A stretch of DNA of 64,000 nt from an uncultured bacterium (GTDB taxonomy: Bacteria > Oederibacteriota > Oederibacteriia > Oederibacteriales > Oederibacteriaceae). Below the pieces are notes generated by a model. It saw nothing but the letters and a program-made list of their open reading frames with translations, did no database searches and was not told where the DNA came from. Shown piece by piece: positions 20,037 through 30,361 of this stretch (the stretch's first letter is position 1; the number at the start of each line of letters is the position of its first letter). The position numbers and the translations under genes are program-made. The stretch is taken from assembly GCA_965112635.1 (NCBI GenBank), contig OZ218778.1:1920001-1984000 (forward strand), read 5' to 3'.

Positions 20037-20068
20037 CTTGTGAGCGGAACTTTTTATGGCTATAATTG
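20037..20068 (+). promoter_or_regulatory. Sigma70-type promoter TTGTGA-N17-TATAAT upstream of the Thr-stalk array
   Basis: CTTGTGA-N14-GGCTATAATTG; an identically spaced copy occurs at 30298-30329. Confidence 0.65.
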
Positions 20069-20140
20069 TCTAATATTATGTAAAATTCGAACTTTTTATT
20101 AAGCAACTGTTGAGAAGAGTTAAGAAAAGGAGATTAAAAG

Positions 20141-22138
20141 GTGGCAGGCTTTTCGAGGCAGGTTGCTTTCACAAAAAAACTTGGTCTTTTCTTTGTGTTT
20201 TTACTTTTACTTCCCTCCTTAGCCAGCGCCTATATCGTGACCGCGGACCTGGAAATATACGGTGATGACCACGCGCAATTTTATATTAACGGAAATCTGG
20301 GGGGACAGACCGGCTGGGATTTTGACCAGCCCACCAATTATTCCACAGCTGACGGAACTTTGGATTTGAACTGGTTTCTTCCCGGCAACCCTCTAAATCT
20401 TCTCGCAGCCGACAATCCGCCCAATACTTCGGGTCCGCAGAACTTGTCGTATCGATTGACCGTCCATTATTCTGATGGCACCACGGCGGTGGCCTGGAGC
20501 GATCCCACCACCGCAAAATTCATATATATACAGTGGCCCCTGACCCCTCCCCCTGGATGGATGAACCCGGGTTTTAATGATTCGGGGTGGTCAGCGCCCT
20601 TTGATTTTACGCCCAACGATGGTTCAGGCCAGTATTATCCCATGCCCGACCCCAGTAATGTGCCCTGGGATTATGTGCCTATTTTGTCCAACTCGGCCAC
20701 CACCCAGCCTAACCCCAGCGGCAGTCAAAATCTCTATAGGACTTATTTTAATTTTCCTGGTTCGGGCATTAATCTATCTAAAAGCTCCAATGTGACCGAA
20801 ACCGCTACAGGCCAAACCCTGAACTATACTCTCAATATAGGAACCCTGAACGATACGACCAGCACCATCACGGTCTATGACACAGTGCCGGCCGGCACGA
20901 CCTATGTCGCTGGCTCGGCGAACAATGGAGGGACTTATAACGCTGGGGACAACATGGTTACATGGAATTTTAATTTGACCGGACAGGTCAATTTCCAGTA
21001 TGCCTATTCCGATATCAGTTCGGTCATCAGCGCTCCGGGATGGACCAGTCCCGCTAGCGCCGTTGGTTTGACCACAGGCGCTTTTGGGGCCTCGTTCCCA
21101 TCCGGCGTGGGCAATACGGGATGGTTCCAGGTCGCGCCGTTCAATGTAGTTAATCCAAATCAATACATCATTGCCGGGGTCATTTTCCATAGCACTGTGG
21201 AGGATAAAGGGAGCAGCGGGGTCATCAACCCGATCATGTTCAATTATTCCGTGGACGGGACCGATAATCCGTACCTGGCCCAGGGGGTAGATGTCGAGCG
21301 CGAGACATTTCAAAATACTTCCGTAGACGGCTATTATGACGCGACCGCTGACAGGAGCTGGACCTGGGCCGACCTGAATAATCTGCGTGTTAGTTATTAC
21401 GATGACATTACGGCTCCGGCCGGAGATACGATGTCCCTAGACGGGCTGGAGGTCGTGATCAAATACTACCTGCCTTCCGTAGTGCCGTTCGGGTTCAGCG
21501 CGCTGGTGACCATCACGGCGAACTGCCCCGGGCCCACCACGATCGATAATACCGCGATGCTGCAAGGGGTCAGCCTGGTGGCCACGACCTCCAATGACGC
21601 CCAGGCGGCCCTGTATTGCAACACCACCAACACCAACACGCCAACCATTACGAACACCTCTATCTTTACGAGTACGGCTACTCCGACAATCACCGGGTCT
21701 GCCACGGCTACTCCCACCATCACCACCACCGCGACCAATACCGTGACCGGAAGCAGCACCGTGACCCCATCACTGACTGTAACCTCGTCCCAGACTTTTA
21801 CGCCCAGCCAGACAATGACCTCTACCCTGACCTTCACGCCGGTGCCTTCCATTTACATTTATCCGAACGTCTTTAATCCTGATAAGGGTCAGAAGCTGAA
21901 GTTCTGGGGCATTCCTCCTGCCAGCAAGGTTTCCATCTACACTTTGACCACCGAACTGGTGTGGCATAGCGACCTGTCGCCCAACAATAACCTGCTGCTC
22001 ATTTGGGACGGCAGGAATATGCAGGGACAGGTAGTGGCCACTGGATTGTATTTCTATGTCCTGGATATGTGGGACAGCCCCTTGCAGCGCCGGCACATCA
22101 AGAAAGTGGGTAAGATAGGCATCCTCAGAGGCGAATAG
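20141..22138 (+). CDS. Secreted Thr-stalk protein, head type 1 (beta-sandwich + split DUF11) with short CTD
   Basis: Signal peptide; DUF11-like 'LSKSSN...YTLNIG...VYDTVPAG'; TxT stalk; 'IYIYPNVFNPDKG...WDGRN...GLYFY...GKIGILR'. Confidence 0.85.
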   Translation: MAGFSRQVAFTKKLGLFFVFLLLLPSLASAYIVTADLEIYGDDHAQFYINGNLGGQTGWDFDQPTNYSTADGTLDLNWFLPGNPLNLLAADNPPNTSGPQNLSYRLTVHYSDGTTAVAWSDPTTAKFIYIQWPLTPPPGWMNPGFNDSGWSAPFDFTPNDGSGQYYPMPDPSNVPWDYVPILSNSATTQPNPSGSQNLYRTYFNFPGSGINLSKSSNVTETATGQTLNYTLNIGTLNDTTSTITVYDTVPAGTTYVAGSANNGGTYNAGDNMVTWNFNLTGQVNFQYAYSDISSVISAPGWTSPASAVGLTTGAFGASFPSGVGNTGWFQVAPFNVVNPNQYIIAGVIFHSTVEDKGSSGVINPIMFNYSVDGTDNPYLAQGVDVERETFQNTSVDGYYDATADRSWTWADLNNLRVSYYDDITAPAGDTMSLDGLEVVIKYYLPSVVPFGFSALVTITANCPGPTTIDNTAMLQGVSLVATTSNDAQAALYCNTTNTNTPTITNTSIFTSTATPTITGSATATPTITTTATNTVTGSSTVTPSLTVTSSQTFTPSQTMTSTLTFTPVPSIYIYPNVFNPDKGQKLKFWGIPPASKVSIYTLTTELVWHSDLSPNNNLLLIWDGRNMQGQVVATGLYFYVLDMWDSPLQRRHIKKVGKIGILRGE

Positions 22139-22219
22139 GCTTGGCCGTTCCTCCTGGGTCAGAGGTTTGTGCCCTAAAGACTGGCGCAGAAGATGCACTT
22201 AGAAAAGAAGGATAGCCCT

Positions 22220-25081
22220 ATGCAAGGGATGAAGATATTCGGGCAACTCATCATTAAACCTTTATTGGTCCTAATCCCTCTCTCTTTTTTATCCCCCGCC
22301 CTGGCCAGTGCCGGAGGATATCTGCGGGCCGTTGACCTGGAACTGACCGGGGATGATTATATACAGGGTGCTTATGTCAACAACACTCTGATAGGTGGTA
22401 CTCCCTGGAGAAACGACACCATGTTCTTTTATTCCACGGTGGACGGGACCCTGCCCATCAATATTTTTATGCCTGGCGTCACCAACCTTTTGGCTGCCAA
22501 TAATCCACCTGAGTCAGGGGGGCCCAATGATATTACCTACCGGTTGACCTTTCATTTTTCGGACGGGACCGAGACCTATGCCTGGAGCAACCCTGACGCC
22601 AACTCATTTATGTTTCAGGCTCCGAACGCTGGGGCAGTTCCTCCTGGATGGATGAACATTGGATTTTCCACGGCGGGTTGGACAAACCCCTCGCCGGCTC
22701 TTTCGTACGCGGCCGCGCACCAGTGGTATTATGTCATTCCCGATGCCAATAATGCGCCTTATGGCTATGTGCCCTATTTATCGGACAGCGGTCCCAGCGT
22801 TCACAATAATCCTGGTGGTGTGGTGGATCTATTCAGGACGAATTTTACCTTTCCCGATTCCAATGTGGCTCTCGAGAAGAGCTCGAACGTGACCGGCACG
22901 GCGGTAGGAGGCACGATTGCCTACACCATTACCCTGGGCGACTTTGGGGCCAGCATCGGCGACGTCACGGTCTACGATACCCTTCCGGCCGGCACGACCA
23001 TCATCCCCGGTTCGATAATCGGAGGCGGGTCCTATAATCCCGTGACCAACATGGTTTCCTGGAACTTTAACGTCCCCAACGCGGTCACCATGAATGATGT
23101 CACTACGAATATAAGTTCTGTGGTCAGCGAACCAGGGTGGATAGACACAAGCCCTTCGTCAGCTATTGGAGTGACTGATAATGCCTGGGATGCTTTTTTT
23201 TCCGGCCAGCCTGGATGGTTCCAGGTGGCCCCGCCTGTTGTGGCTAACGAAAACAATTATGTCATTGCCGGAGTTTTGTTTTACAACACCGTCGTGGACG
23301 CCGGCCCTGCCGCTGGCGGAAGTCCTGTCGGGATGGACCCCCTGGACTTTAACTATTCCGTGGACGGGACCGATAACCCTTTTCTGGCCTCACCCCCGAA
23401 TATCATGCGCGAGGCCGGCGACCCCACCGGCTATTGGGGTGTGGGTCCGGGGACCCAGTCGTTAGGTTATTATGACGCCACCTCGGACAGGAACTGGACC
23501 TGGGCGGATGTGAACAATCTCAGGGTGAGCTACACTTCCATTGCTCAATTCCAGCAGGAGTTGGTGGCCCTGGACGGCATGGAGATGGTCGTCCAGTATT
23601 ACCAGCCTTCGGTCCCGCCGTTCGGGTTCAGCGTCACCGTGGACAATCAACCCTGCCCCTCCACGCTCCATAATACGGCATCGGTTGCGGGGTCCAAGAT
23701 CATCACCACGACTTCCAATGACGCGCCCGTGGACGTCCTGTGCGCCATCACCGGCACGCCCACCGCCACGTTCACGGCCACGGCGACCGCCACACCCACG
23801 GCGACGGCCACGGCCACGGCTACTCCCGCCCCCGGCACTTCCACTTTTACGAGCACGGATACCTCCACGGGCACGCCTACCCCGACCTACACGGTGGGCC
23901 CTTCACAAACCGCTACGAACACAAATACCGCCACTGCAACCGGCACCGCGACCGCCACGAGCACCAACACCCCGCCTCCCACGAACACGATGTCCGTCAC
24001 CTATACGCCGACCATCACCTGCACTTCCACGGTCACGCTCACTTCCTCCAATACTTTCACTTCTTCCATGACCTCGACGGTTTCCTATACCTCGACGGCC
24101 ACGGCCACGAACACGCCCCAGACGGTCGTGATGCAGTTGAAGCTGTATAACAGCTCAGGCGAGATCGTCAAGACATTCAACAACCTTGTTTTTGTCCAGA
24201 TGGGTTTTGATTTCTCCAAGGTGCAGATCGACCCGGCCGGTGGGTCGGACCTCTTCGACCCGAGCACCGGTCTTTTCAACATCGAGGTGAAATCCGGAAG
24301 TTCGGTCTTTACCATCCCGTGGGACGGCAAGAACGACCTGGGTTACACGGTGGACAGCGGGGGATATTTGTTCAAAGCCGAAGCCCAGGGGCAGAACAAC
24401 ACGATCACGATGCCCGTGACGGTCTTGAAATCGGGCGACCTGACGACCATCTGCGTCTACACGACCAGCGGGGAACTGGTGAGGCAGCTTTACCAGAACT
24501 ATCTGGTTCAGGGTCAGCTCGGCAGCATGAAACTGAGCGCCAACGTGCTGACAGTGAACGACAAGAACAAAAAGACGGTGAATATCGGCATCAATTCTTT
24601 GTCCGAGAGCGGGTCGGCTTTGATGGACCAGATCGGACCCCTGGACCAGACCCGCATCTTTTGGGACGGCACCAGTTCCACGGGCGGTTTTGTGCAGAGC
24701 GGGGAGTATTTGATCAAGATAGACCAGATCTACAATGGCTCTCATTACTCGACTGTGCAGAGCGTCACGGTGCTGGTGTCCTCGTTCAGCGGGTTCATGG
24801 ACGCCTCGGCCTATCCCAACCCCTACATCTCCACCCCGGACCAGAAGGTGTGGTTCAAGGTCAGCTTGCACGACCAGTCGGACGTCAAGATCAGGATCTA
24901 CAACGTGGTGGGAGAACTGGTCAACACGCTCTTCGCGCCGGGAGCCGGAGCGGGTTCGGCCAGTCTGGGATGGAACGTGGGAGGGGCTGCCAGCGGGCTT
25001 TACGTGGGGGTCGTGGAGGCCAAATCCCTGGTCAGCGGCGAAACGCAGAAAAAGCCCGTCAAGATCACCCTCATCAAATAG
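22220..25081 (+). CDS. Secreted Thr-stalk protein, head type 1 with long multi-FlgD/type-A-like CTD
   Basis: Head is homologous to 20141..22138 (NYSVDGTDNP, YYDATxDRxWTWADxNNLRVSY). Tail has two WDG-containing units and ends 'AYPNPY...IYNVVGELV...SGLY...ITLIK'. Start could also be 22193 or 22229. Confidence 0.85.
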   Translation: MQGMKIFGQLIIKPLLVLIPLSFLSPALASAGGYLRAVDLELTGDDYIQGAYVNNTLIGGTPWRNDTMFFYSTVDGTLPINIFMPGVTNLLAANNPPESGGPNDITYRLTFHFSDGTETYAWSNPDANSFMFQAPNAGAVPPGWMNIGFSTAGWTNPSPALSYAAAHQWYYVIPDANNAPYGYVPYLSDSGPSVHNNPGGVVDLFRTNFTFPDSNVALEKSSNVTGTAVGGTIAYTITLGDFGASIGDVTVYDTLPAGTTIIPGSIIGGGSYNPVTNMVSWNFNVPNAVTMNDVTTNISSVVSEPGWIDTSPSSAIGVTDNAWDAFFSGQPGWFQVAPPVVANENNYVIAGVLFYNTVVDAGPAAGGSPVGMDPLDFNYSVDGTDNPFLASPPNIMREAGDPTGYWGVGPGTQSLGYYDATSDRNWTWADVNNLRVSYTSIAQFQQELVALDGMEMVVQYYQPSVPPFGFSVTVDNQPCPSTLHNTASVAGSKIITTTSNDAPVDVLCAITGTPTATFTATATATPTATATATATPAPGTSTFTSTDTSTGTPTPTYTVGPSQTATNTNTATATGTATATSTNTPPPTNTMSVTYTPTITCTSTVTLTSSNTFTSSMTSTVSYTSTATATNTPQTVVMQLKLYNSSGEIVKTFNNLVFVQMGFDFSKVQIDPAGGSDLFDPSTGLFNIEVKSGSSVFTIPWDGKNDLGYTVDSGGYLFKAEAQGQNNTITMPVTVLKSGDLTTICVYTTSGELVRQLYQNYLVQGQLGSMKLSANVLTVNDKNKKTVNIGINSLSESGSALMDQIGPLDQTRIFWDGTSSTGGFVQSGEYLIKIDQIYNGSHYSTVQSVTVLVSSFSGFMDASAYPNPYISTPDQKVWFKVSLHDQSDVKIRIYNVVGELVNTLFAPGAGAGSASLGWNVGGAASGLYVGVVEAKSLVSGETQKKPVKITLIK

Positions 25082-25120
25082 AGTGGTTCTGTTCGTCGGA
25101 TTAATTATTTTAGGAGTTCA

Positions 25121-27286
25121 ATGGGCATAGTAATATCTAAATCGAAAATTTATTTTATTGCCGTCACCATGGCCGCCCTTTTTGCTGTCCCTGTTTTTGC
25201 CTATGTGCCGGCTTGCCCTCAATTTTCCATAGCCTGTAAAAGCTCGGAACTGCCAGGCGGCAACTGGGACCATCAGCCCATTTTCCCTGAAATAGGGGAC
25301 GAGGGAATGGTCCATATCACCGGCTCTGGCGCTGGACCCGTGACCGCGGGTCAAGCCGGCACGGCGACTTTTAGCCCCTTTTGGCCTGTGGGCAATCCCA
25401 CGGATGGCGTGTATTTTGGATTGGCCAGCTCGGGTCCCAACAACAACTCAGCCTGGTGGGAGTGGAACGGGGCGGATGTGGGCAACTGGTTCAACGGAAC
25501 CTGTGGCGGTGAACTGACCTTTAATATCTGCTCCAATTACACCTGGGCCCAGCGGCAGGCAGGGTCCGGGGGAGGCACTGTATTCGGGGTCACCGATAAC
25601 GGGACCCGCCAGATATTCGGTTTTTCCATTAACGCGCCTGCGGGGAACAACCTGTCCGTTTCCTACTCCACGGGCCAGAACGGTTCCAGCAATTGCGGCA
25701 CGGTTCCCGGGGGTGACGCCAACTTCGGGGTGGGCAAAGCGCTACAGGTCAGAGTGGAGTGGAACGCTTCACCCGTGGTGATCACCAACTACCTTTACAT
25801 CAACGACGTTTTGATCTGCTCCGGCCTGTATTTGCCGGTCACCCCGAGCTGGGGCGCTAACTCATATTTCAACCTGGGAGCGAATACAGGAGGCTACAAC
25901 AGCTGCTTGGACAGCATTGCCGATTTTGAGTGCAGCACCTTCACCGGCTGCAGTTGTCTCAATACGCCTACCGTCACCCAGACCCCCATCCCTTACCCAA
26001 CTCCGTGGCCGAATACGGCCTGCCCCGACCTTTCTACCTGGAAATTGGTGGGCACTGCCGCTTATGTGGCCGGGAACAACCAGATCAACTTGTGCCAGAT
26101 GCAAAACGGCCCGGGCGGGGCCTGGGCGCCCACCTGCATAGACCTGACCAAGAATTTCGCCTATTCCTTTGAGCTGAATTTTGGGACTCCGGCTGACACT
26201 CCTCCGACCGGCGCGGACGGCATCTGCTTTGTCCTGCAGAACGACCCGGCTGGGACGGGCGCATTGGGCGGGGGCGGAGGCGGCATAGGCTTCGCGGGCC
26301 TCGGCGCGACAGGCGGCGCCCTGGCCGCCGAATTTGACACCTATACCAACGGCTGGGACATATCATTTCCGGAGGACCATACCGCCATTGACCTTAACGG
26401 GGACGTGACCCATACCATTCCGGCTCGCTATCCCGTGTGGGCCAGTTTGACCCAGCCTGACATCAAGGACGGCAATGACCATCTGGTCAGGGTGCTCTGG
26501 GACGCGACCAATCATAACCTTTTTATTTACTTCGACGGCAGCCGGCGCATCGTCTATAACTCCGACATCGTCAATGCCGTCTTTGGGGGGACCCACTGCG
26601 TTTACATGGGACTGACCAGCAGTATCGGCGGAAGTTATACCAATTTGCAGATGTTCCATTGCGTGTGCGGCACCGTGACGCCCACCAACACCTGGACCAT
26701 TTCGCCGACCAGCACGGCCACGCCGACCATCACTCCCACCTCGACCATAGGACCTTCCGGGACCCCTACCAGCACGGCCACCCCTACCTTGACCCAGACG
26801 ACCACCTCTACCGCCACGCAGACCACTACCATCACCCAGACCTTCACGAATACCTTTACCTTGACCTTTACAGCGACCTTCACCTTGACTTTGACGCCTT
26901 CCCAGACCCTGACCAGCAGCCAGACCCTGACCTCGTCCCTGACCTTCACGCCCACCCTGACCAGCACCCCTTCCGGGACCAGCACGCCCGTACCGCCGAT
27001 CATTGTGTATCCCAACCTCATCAACCCTGACAAGCACCAGTCCGTCAAGTTCTGGGGATTGCCCGCGTACAGCAAGGTCACCATTTACGACCTGAGCACG
27101 GAATTCGTGTGGCGAAGCGCCCTTTCCGGCGGCAACGAGCTGGAGATCATCTGGCCCGGATGTAACCAGAGCGGTATACCCGTGGCCCAGGGCATTTATT
27201 TCTACATTATCGAGATGTGGAACGGCCCGGACCACAGTGTGCTTAATAAGAAGATGGGCCATATCGGAGTCCTCAGGGGCGGTTGA
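25121..27286 (+). CDS. Secreted Thr-stalk protein, head type 2 (LamG-like + legume-lectin-like) with short CTD
   Basis: L-lectin motifs 'GADGICFVLQN', 'AEFDTY', 'DGNDHLVRVLWD', 'YMGLTSSIG'; stalk; 'VYPNLINPDK...GHIGVLRGG'. Confidence 0.85.
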   Translation: MGIVISKSKIYFIAVTMAALFAVPVFAYVPACPQFSIACKSSELPGGNWDHQPIFPEIGDEGMVHITGSGAGPVTAGQAGTATFSPFWPVGNPTDGVYFGLASSGPNNNSAWWEWNGADVGNWFNGTCGGELTFNICSNYTWAQRQAGSGGGTVFGVTDNGTRQIFGFSINAPAGNNLSVSYSTGQNGSSNCGTVPGGDANFGVGKALQVRVEWNASPVVITNYLYINDVLICSGLYLPVTPSWGANSYFNLGANTGGYNSCLDSIADFECSTFTGCSCLNTPTVTQTPIPYPTPWPNTACPDLSTWKLVGTAAYVAGNNQINLCQMQNGPGGAWAPTCIDLTKNFAYSFELNFGTPADTPPTGADGICFVLQNDPAGTGALGGGGGGIGFAGLGATGGALAAEFDTYTNGWDISFPEDHTAIDLNGDVTHTIPARYPVWASLTQPDIKDGNDHLVRVLWDATNHNLFIYFDGSRRIVYNSDIVNAVFGGTHCVYMGLTSSIGGSYTNLQMFHCVCGTVTPTNTWTISPTSTATPTITPTSTIGPSGTPTSTATPTLTQTTTSTATQTTTITQTFTNTFTLTFTATFTLTLTPSQTLTSSQTLTSSLTFTPTLTSTPSGTSTPVPPIIVYPNLINPDKHQSVKFWGLPAYSKVTIYDLSTEFVWRSALSGGNELEIIWPGCNQSGIPVAQGIYFYIIEMWNGPDHSVLNKKMGHIGVLRGG

Positions 27287-27328
27287 TAGCCTCTCCAGGC
27301 ATTTTTTGACAAACTTAAGGAGAAGATC

Positions 27329-30280
27329 GTGGTCAAAATGGCAGTCGTCATTCTTGGATGCATAGGCCTGACCCTCCTTGTTGTCCTGGCAACGGTCCCC
27401 CTCCAAGCCGGCTGCACGGAATTCCAGGTCAATGGCAATTCCATGGAAGTACCTGACGGCGATTACAACGGGAACATCATTGTGCCAGAGGTGGGTCCCT
27501 TGGGCACGGTCCAAATAGACGGCACGGGAGGCGGGCCGGTCAATACTCCCGCGCAAGAGGGATTTATCAAATGGGACCCTTTTGACGGGGTGGGCAATCA
27601 GGACGGTTTTACCTTTGGCCAGGGCGGGGGAGGCACCAACCTTAACGCCTGGTGGAGCTGGCAGGGAGCGCAAGTGGGGGATATTTTCAGCACCTGCGGG
27701 GGCGATATCAACTTTGATATCAAATCGGATTTCACCTGGTTGTTCCGGGAGGTTGGCGCGGGCGGGGGTATTACCTTTGATGTCAGCGATGACGGGAACC
27801 GGTCTCTTTTTACATACTCCATGAGCGGCACTGCCTGCACTCAACAATGTTTGCTCGGCGGCTATACGGCTATGGGCACCGCTGGCAACGGCGTTATCCA
27901 GGGCGCGTTCGCTTTTTTCGGCAATATCGGCGATGTCATGCATATGGATATACGCTGGGATACCAATAACATTTATTTATACGTTAATGGCAATCTGTTG
28001 GACACCACTCCCATAGCCGCTCTTAACCCGCCCATCACCTGGGGCCCCAACTCCTACTTCAATATAGGAGCGGGGGCGGAATTCGCCCCCTGGATGGGAC
28101 GCTTTTGTTTTCAGGACACCGTTGCTGATTTTAAGATAACTTCAGCGGCCGGGTGCCCCTGCATCGGCCCGGATATGCCCCAGCCCACTCCCACCCCTTT
28201 TCTCATCCCGGATAATTTTTGCCCTGACCTGTCCACTTGGAGGATCGTCGGCACAGCCCAAAAGGTGCCTGCGAATAATCAGATCAACCTGTGCGAGACG
28301 GACCACGGTCCGGGAGCGGCCTGGGCGCCCACCTGCATCAATCTGACCCAGAACTTTGCTTTTACTTTTTATGAAAATTTTGGCGTGCCTGCTGACAATC
28401 CTCTCACCGGCGCGGACGGCATCTGCTTTGTCCTGCAGAATTCCGGCCCTAATGCCATAGGGGGCGGCGGAGGAGGTATTGGCGCTGCCGGAGTGCCTCT
28501 TGGCGGGATCAGCCCGTCCGTTATCGCGGAAATAGACACCTATGACAACCTGGGTTGGGATCCCGGCTTTGACCACGCGGCCATAGACCTCAATGGCGAT
28601 GCGGAGCACCAGGGCCACGCGCCGGTGTGGGCCAGCATGGTCCAGCCGGATATCAAGGACGGCTTGGACCATATCTGCCGTTATCTTTGGGACGCAGGGA
28701 CAGATACTTTGTATGTGTATTTTGACGGAAGCCTGCGCCTGACCTATACCAACCCCAACATCATTACCGCCCTGGGGACCAACTGCCCCTATTGGGGCCT
28801 GACCAGTTCCATTGGCGGGAGCTATACTAATTTGCAGATGTTCCATTGCATTTGCGGGACCCCGACCAACACGAACACGGCGACTGCTACCAATACCGCC
28901 ACGGCCACGGCTACGGCGACCGCGACTCCGACCGTGTCGCCGACCGCCACGGCTTCGCCTTCGGCGACCGCCAGCCCCACGGTCACCAACACCCGGACCG
29001 TGACCAACACCGGAACGGCTACCTATACCGGCACGGCTACAGGGACCGCCTCGAACACCTTTACCATCACCGTGACCGCCACCCAGACCGATACGGCCAC
29101 ATCCACGGACACGCCAACCTGGCAGTTCTCCCCGACCACCACCTTTACGGCCACCCAGACCTATACCGCAACCGTGACGGATACTTCCTCGCTGACCGCC
29201 ACCATCACGCAGACCTCCACGGTCACGGTGACCAGTTCCACGACCCTGACCTCTTCCCTGACCTCCACCCCTTCCAAGTCCTTTACCCAGACCTGGACCG
29301 CCACCGTGACCGCCACCAGCACGCCGGTGATGACCGACCTGAAGTTAAAGATCTACAATGAGGCCGGGGAGGTAGTCAAAACTTTCAATGATGTGCTGGT
29401 CCTGGGGGCCTTGAGCGGCATCCAGCTCGATTCGGGAAGCGGCACCGTGCTTTTTGACCCCAGCAGCGGCATCTTTGACATCGAGGTCAAGAGCCAGGGG
29501 ATCGTGTACCATGTGCCGTGGGACGGCAAGAGCGACCTAGGAAATACCGTGGACAGCGGGGAATACGTGCTCAAGGGAGAGGTGCCCGGGCAGAGCTCGA
29601 CCGTCACCATGCCCGTGACGGTCTTTAAGGCCGGCAATCTCCTGACCATCGGCGTGTATACCACCAGCGGCGAACTGGTCAAGCAGTTGTATGAGAGCTA
29701 CCTGGTCCAGGGCCAGCTCGGCAGCATGAAACTGAGCGCCAATCTGCTGACCGTGAACGACAAGAATAAAAAGACCGTGAATATCGGCATCAACTCCTTG
29801 TCCGAGAATGGGGCGGTTATGGCGGACCAAATAGGGCTCCTGGACCAGAACCGGATCTTCTGGGACGGCACCAACAGCCTGGGCGGTTTCGTGCAGAGCG
29901 GAGAATACCTGGTCAAGATCGAGCAGACCTACAACCACAATCATGACGTGGTGGTGCAGAGCGTGACGGTGCTGGTGTCCTCGTTCAGCGGGTTCATGGA
30001 CGCTTCGGTGTATCCCAACCCGTACATCAGCACGCCGGACCAGAAGGTATGGTTCAAGGTCACCCTGCAGGACAATGCCGACGTCAGAGTGAGGATCTAT
30101 GACGTGGTCGGGGAACTGGTCAACACCCTCAGCAGTCCGGGGGCGGGCCCCGGTCCGGCCAGCCTGGGGTGGAACGTGGGCGGGTTGGCCAGCGGGCTTT
30201 ACGTGGGCATCGTGGAGGCCAAGTCCCTGGTGAGCGGAGAAACCCTGAAAAAACCTTTAAAAATATCGATTATTAAGTAA
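27329..30280 (+). CDS. Secreted Thr-stalk protein, head type 2 with long CTD
   Basis: Head is homologous to 25121..27286 (CPDLSTW, GADGICFVLQN, GLTSSIGGSYTNLQMFHC); long tail as in 22220..25081. Confidence 0.85.
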   Translation: MVKMAVVILGCIGLTLLVVLATVPLQAGCTEFQVNGNSMEVPDGDYNGNIIVPEVGPLGTVQIDGTGGGPVNTPAQEGFIKWDPFDGVGNQDGFTFGQGGGGTNLNAWWSWQGAQVGDIFSTCGGDINFDIKSDFTWLFREVGAGGGITFDVSDDGNRSLFTYSMSGTACTQQCLLGGYTAMGTAGNGVIQGAFAFFGNIGDVMHMDIRWDTNNIYLYVNGNLLDTTPIAALNPPITWGPNSYFNIGAGAEFAPWMGRFCFQDTVADFKITSAAGCPCIGPDMPQPTPTPFLIPDNFCPDLSTWRIVGTAQKVPANNQINLCETDHGPGAAWAPTCINLTQNFAFTFYENFGVPADNPLTGADGICFVLQNSGPNAIGGGGGGIGAAGVPLGGISPSVIAEIDTYDNLGWDPGFDHAAIDLNGDAEHQGHAPVWASMVQPDIKDGLDHICRYLWDAGTDTLYVYFDGSLRLTYTNPNIITALGTNCPYWGLTSSIGGSYTNLQMFHCICGTPTNTNTATATNTATATATATATPTVSPTATASPSATASPTVTNTRTVTNTGTATYTGTATGTASNTFTITVTATQTDTATSTDTPTWQFSPTTTFTATQTYTATVTDTSSLTATITQTSTVTVTSSTTLTSSLTSTPSKSFTQTWTATVTATSTPVMTDLKLKIYNEAGEVVKTFNDVLVLGALSGIQLDSGSGTVLFDPSSGIFDIEVKSQGIVYHVPWDGKSDLGNTVDSGEYVLKGEVPGQSSTVTMPVTVFKAGNLLTIGVYTTSGELVKQLYESYLVQGQLGSMKLSANLLTVNDKNKKTVNIGINSLSENGAVMADQIGLLDQNRIFWDGTNSLGGFVQSGEYLVKIEQTYNHNHDVVVQSVTVLVSSFSGFMDASVYPNPYISTPDQKVWFKVTLQDNADVRVRIYDVVGELVNTLSSPGAGPGPASLGWNVGGLASGLYVGIVEAKSLVSGETLKKPLKISIIK
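29978..30172 (+). repeat. 195-bp exact direct repeat, copy 1 (within long-CTD coding sequence)
   Basis: Identical by eye to 35909-36103; the flanking ~950 bp is also highly similar. Confidence 0.85.
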
Positions 30281-30297
30281 TTTAACTATCGCTATTT

Positions 30298-30329
30298 CTT
30301 GTGACACAATCACTTCAGGGCTATAATTG
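30298..30329 (+). promoter_or_regulatory. Sigma70-type promoter TTGTGA-N17-TATAAT
   Basis: CTTGTGA-N14-GGCTATAATTG, matching 20037-20068. Confidence 0.65.
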
Positions 30330-30361
30330 AACACAATTTGCATTGGTAGAAGAGGAGTTCA

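Noticed and set aside
23740-24150. His-rich alternative-frame ORFs (also 26659..27030, 28846..29361, 58512..59210) and Val-rich antisense ORFs
   Set aside because: These are shadow frames of ACN-rich Thr-stalk codons and have no independent coding evidence.
26363-27943. 526-aa minus-strand ORF
   Set aside because: It is antisense to two well-supported genes in GC-rich sequence and has no recognisable motifs.
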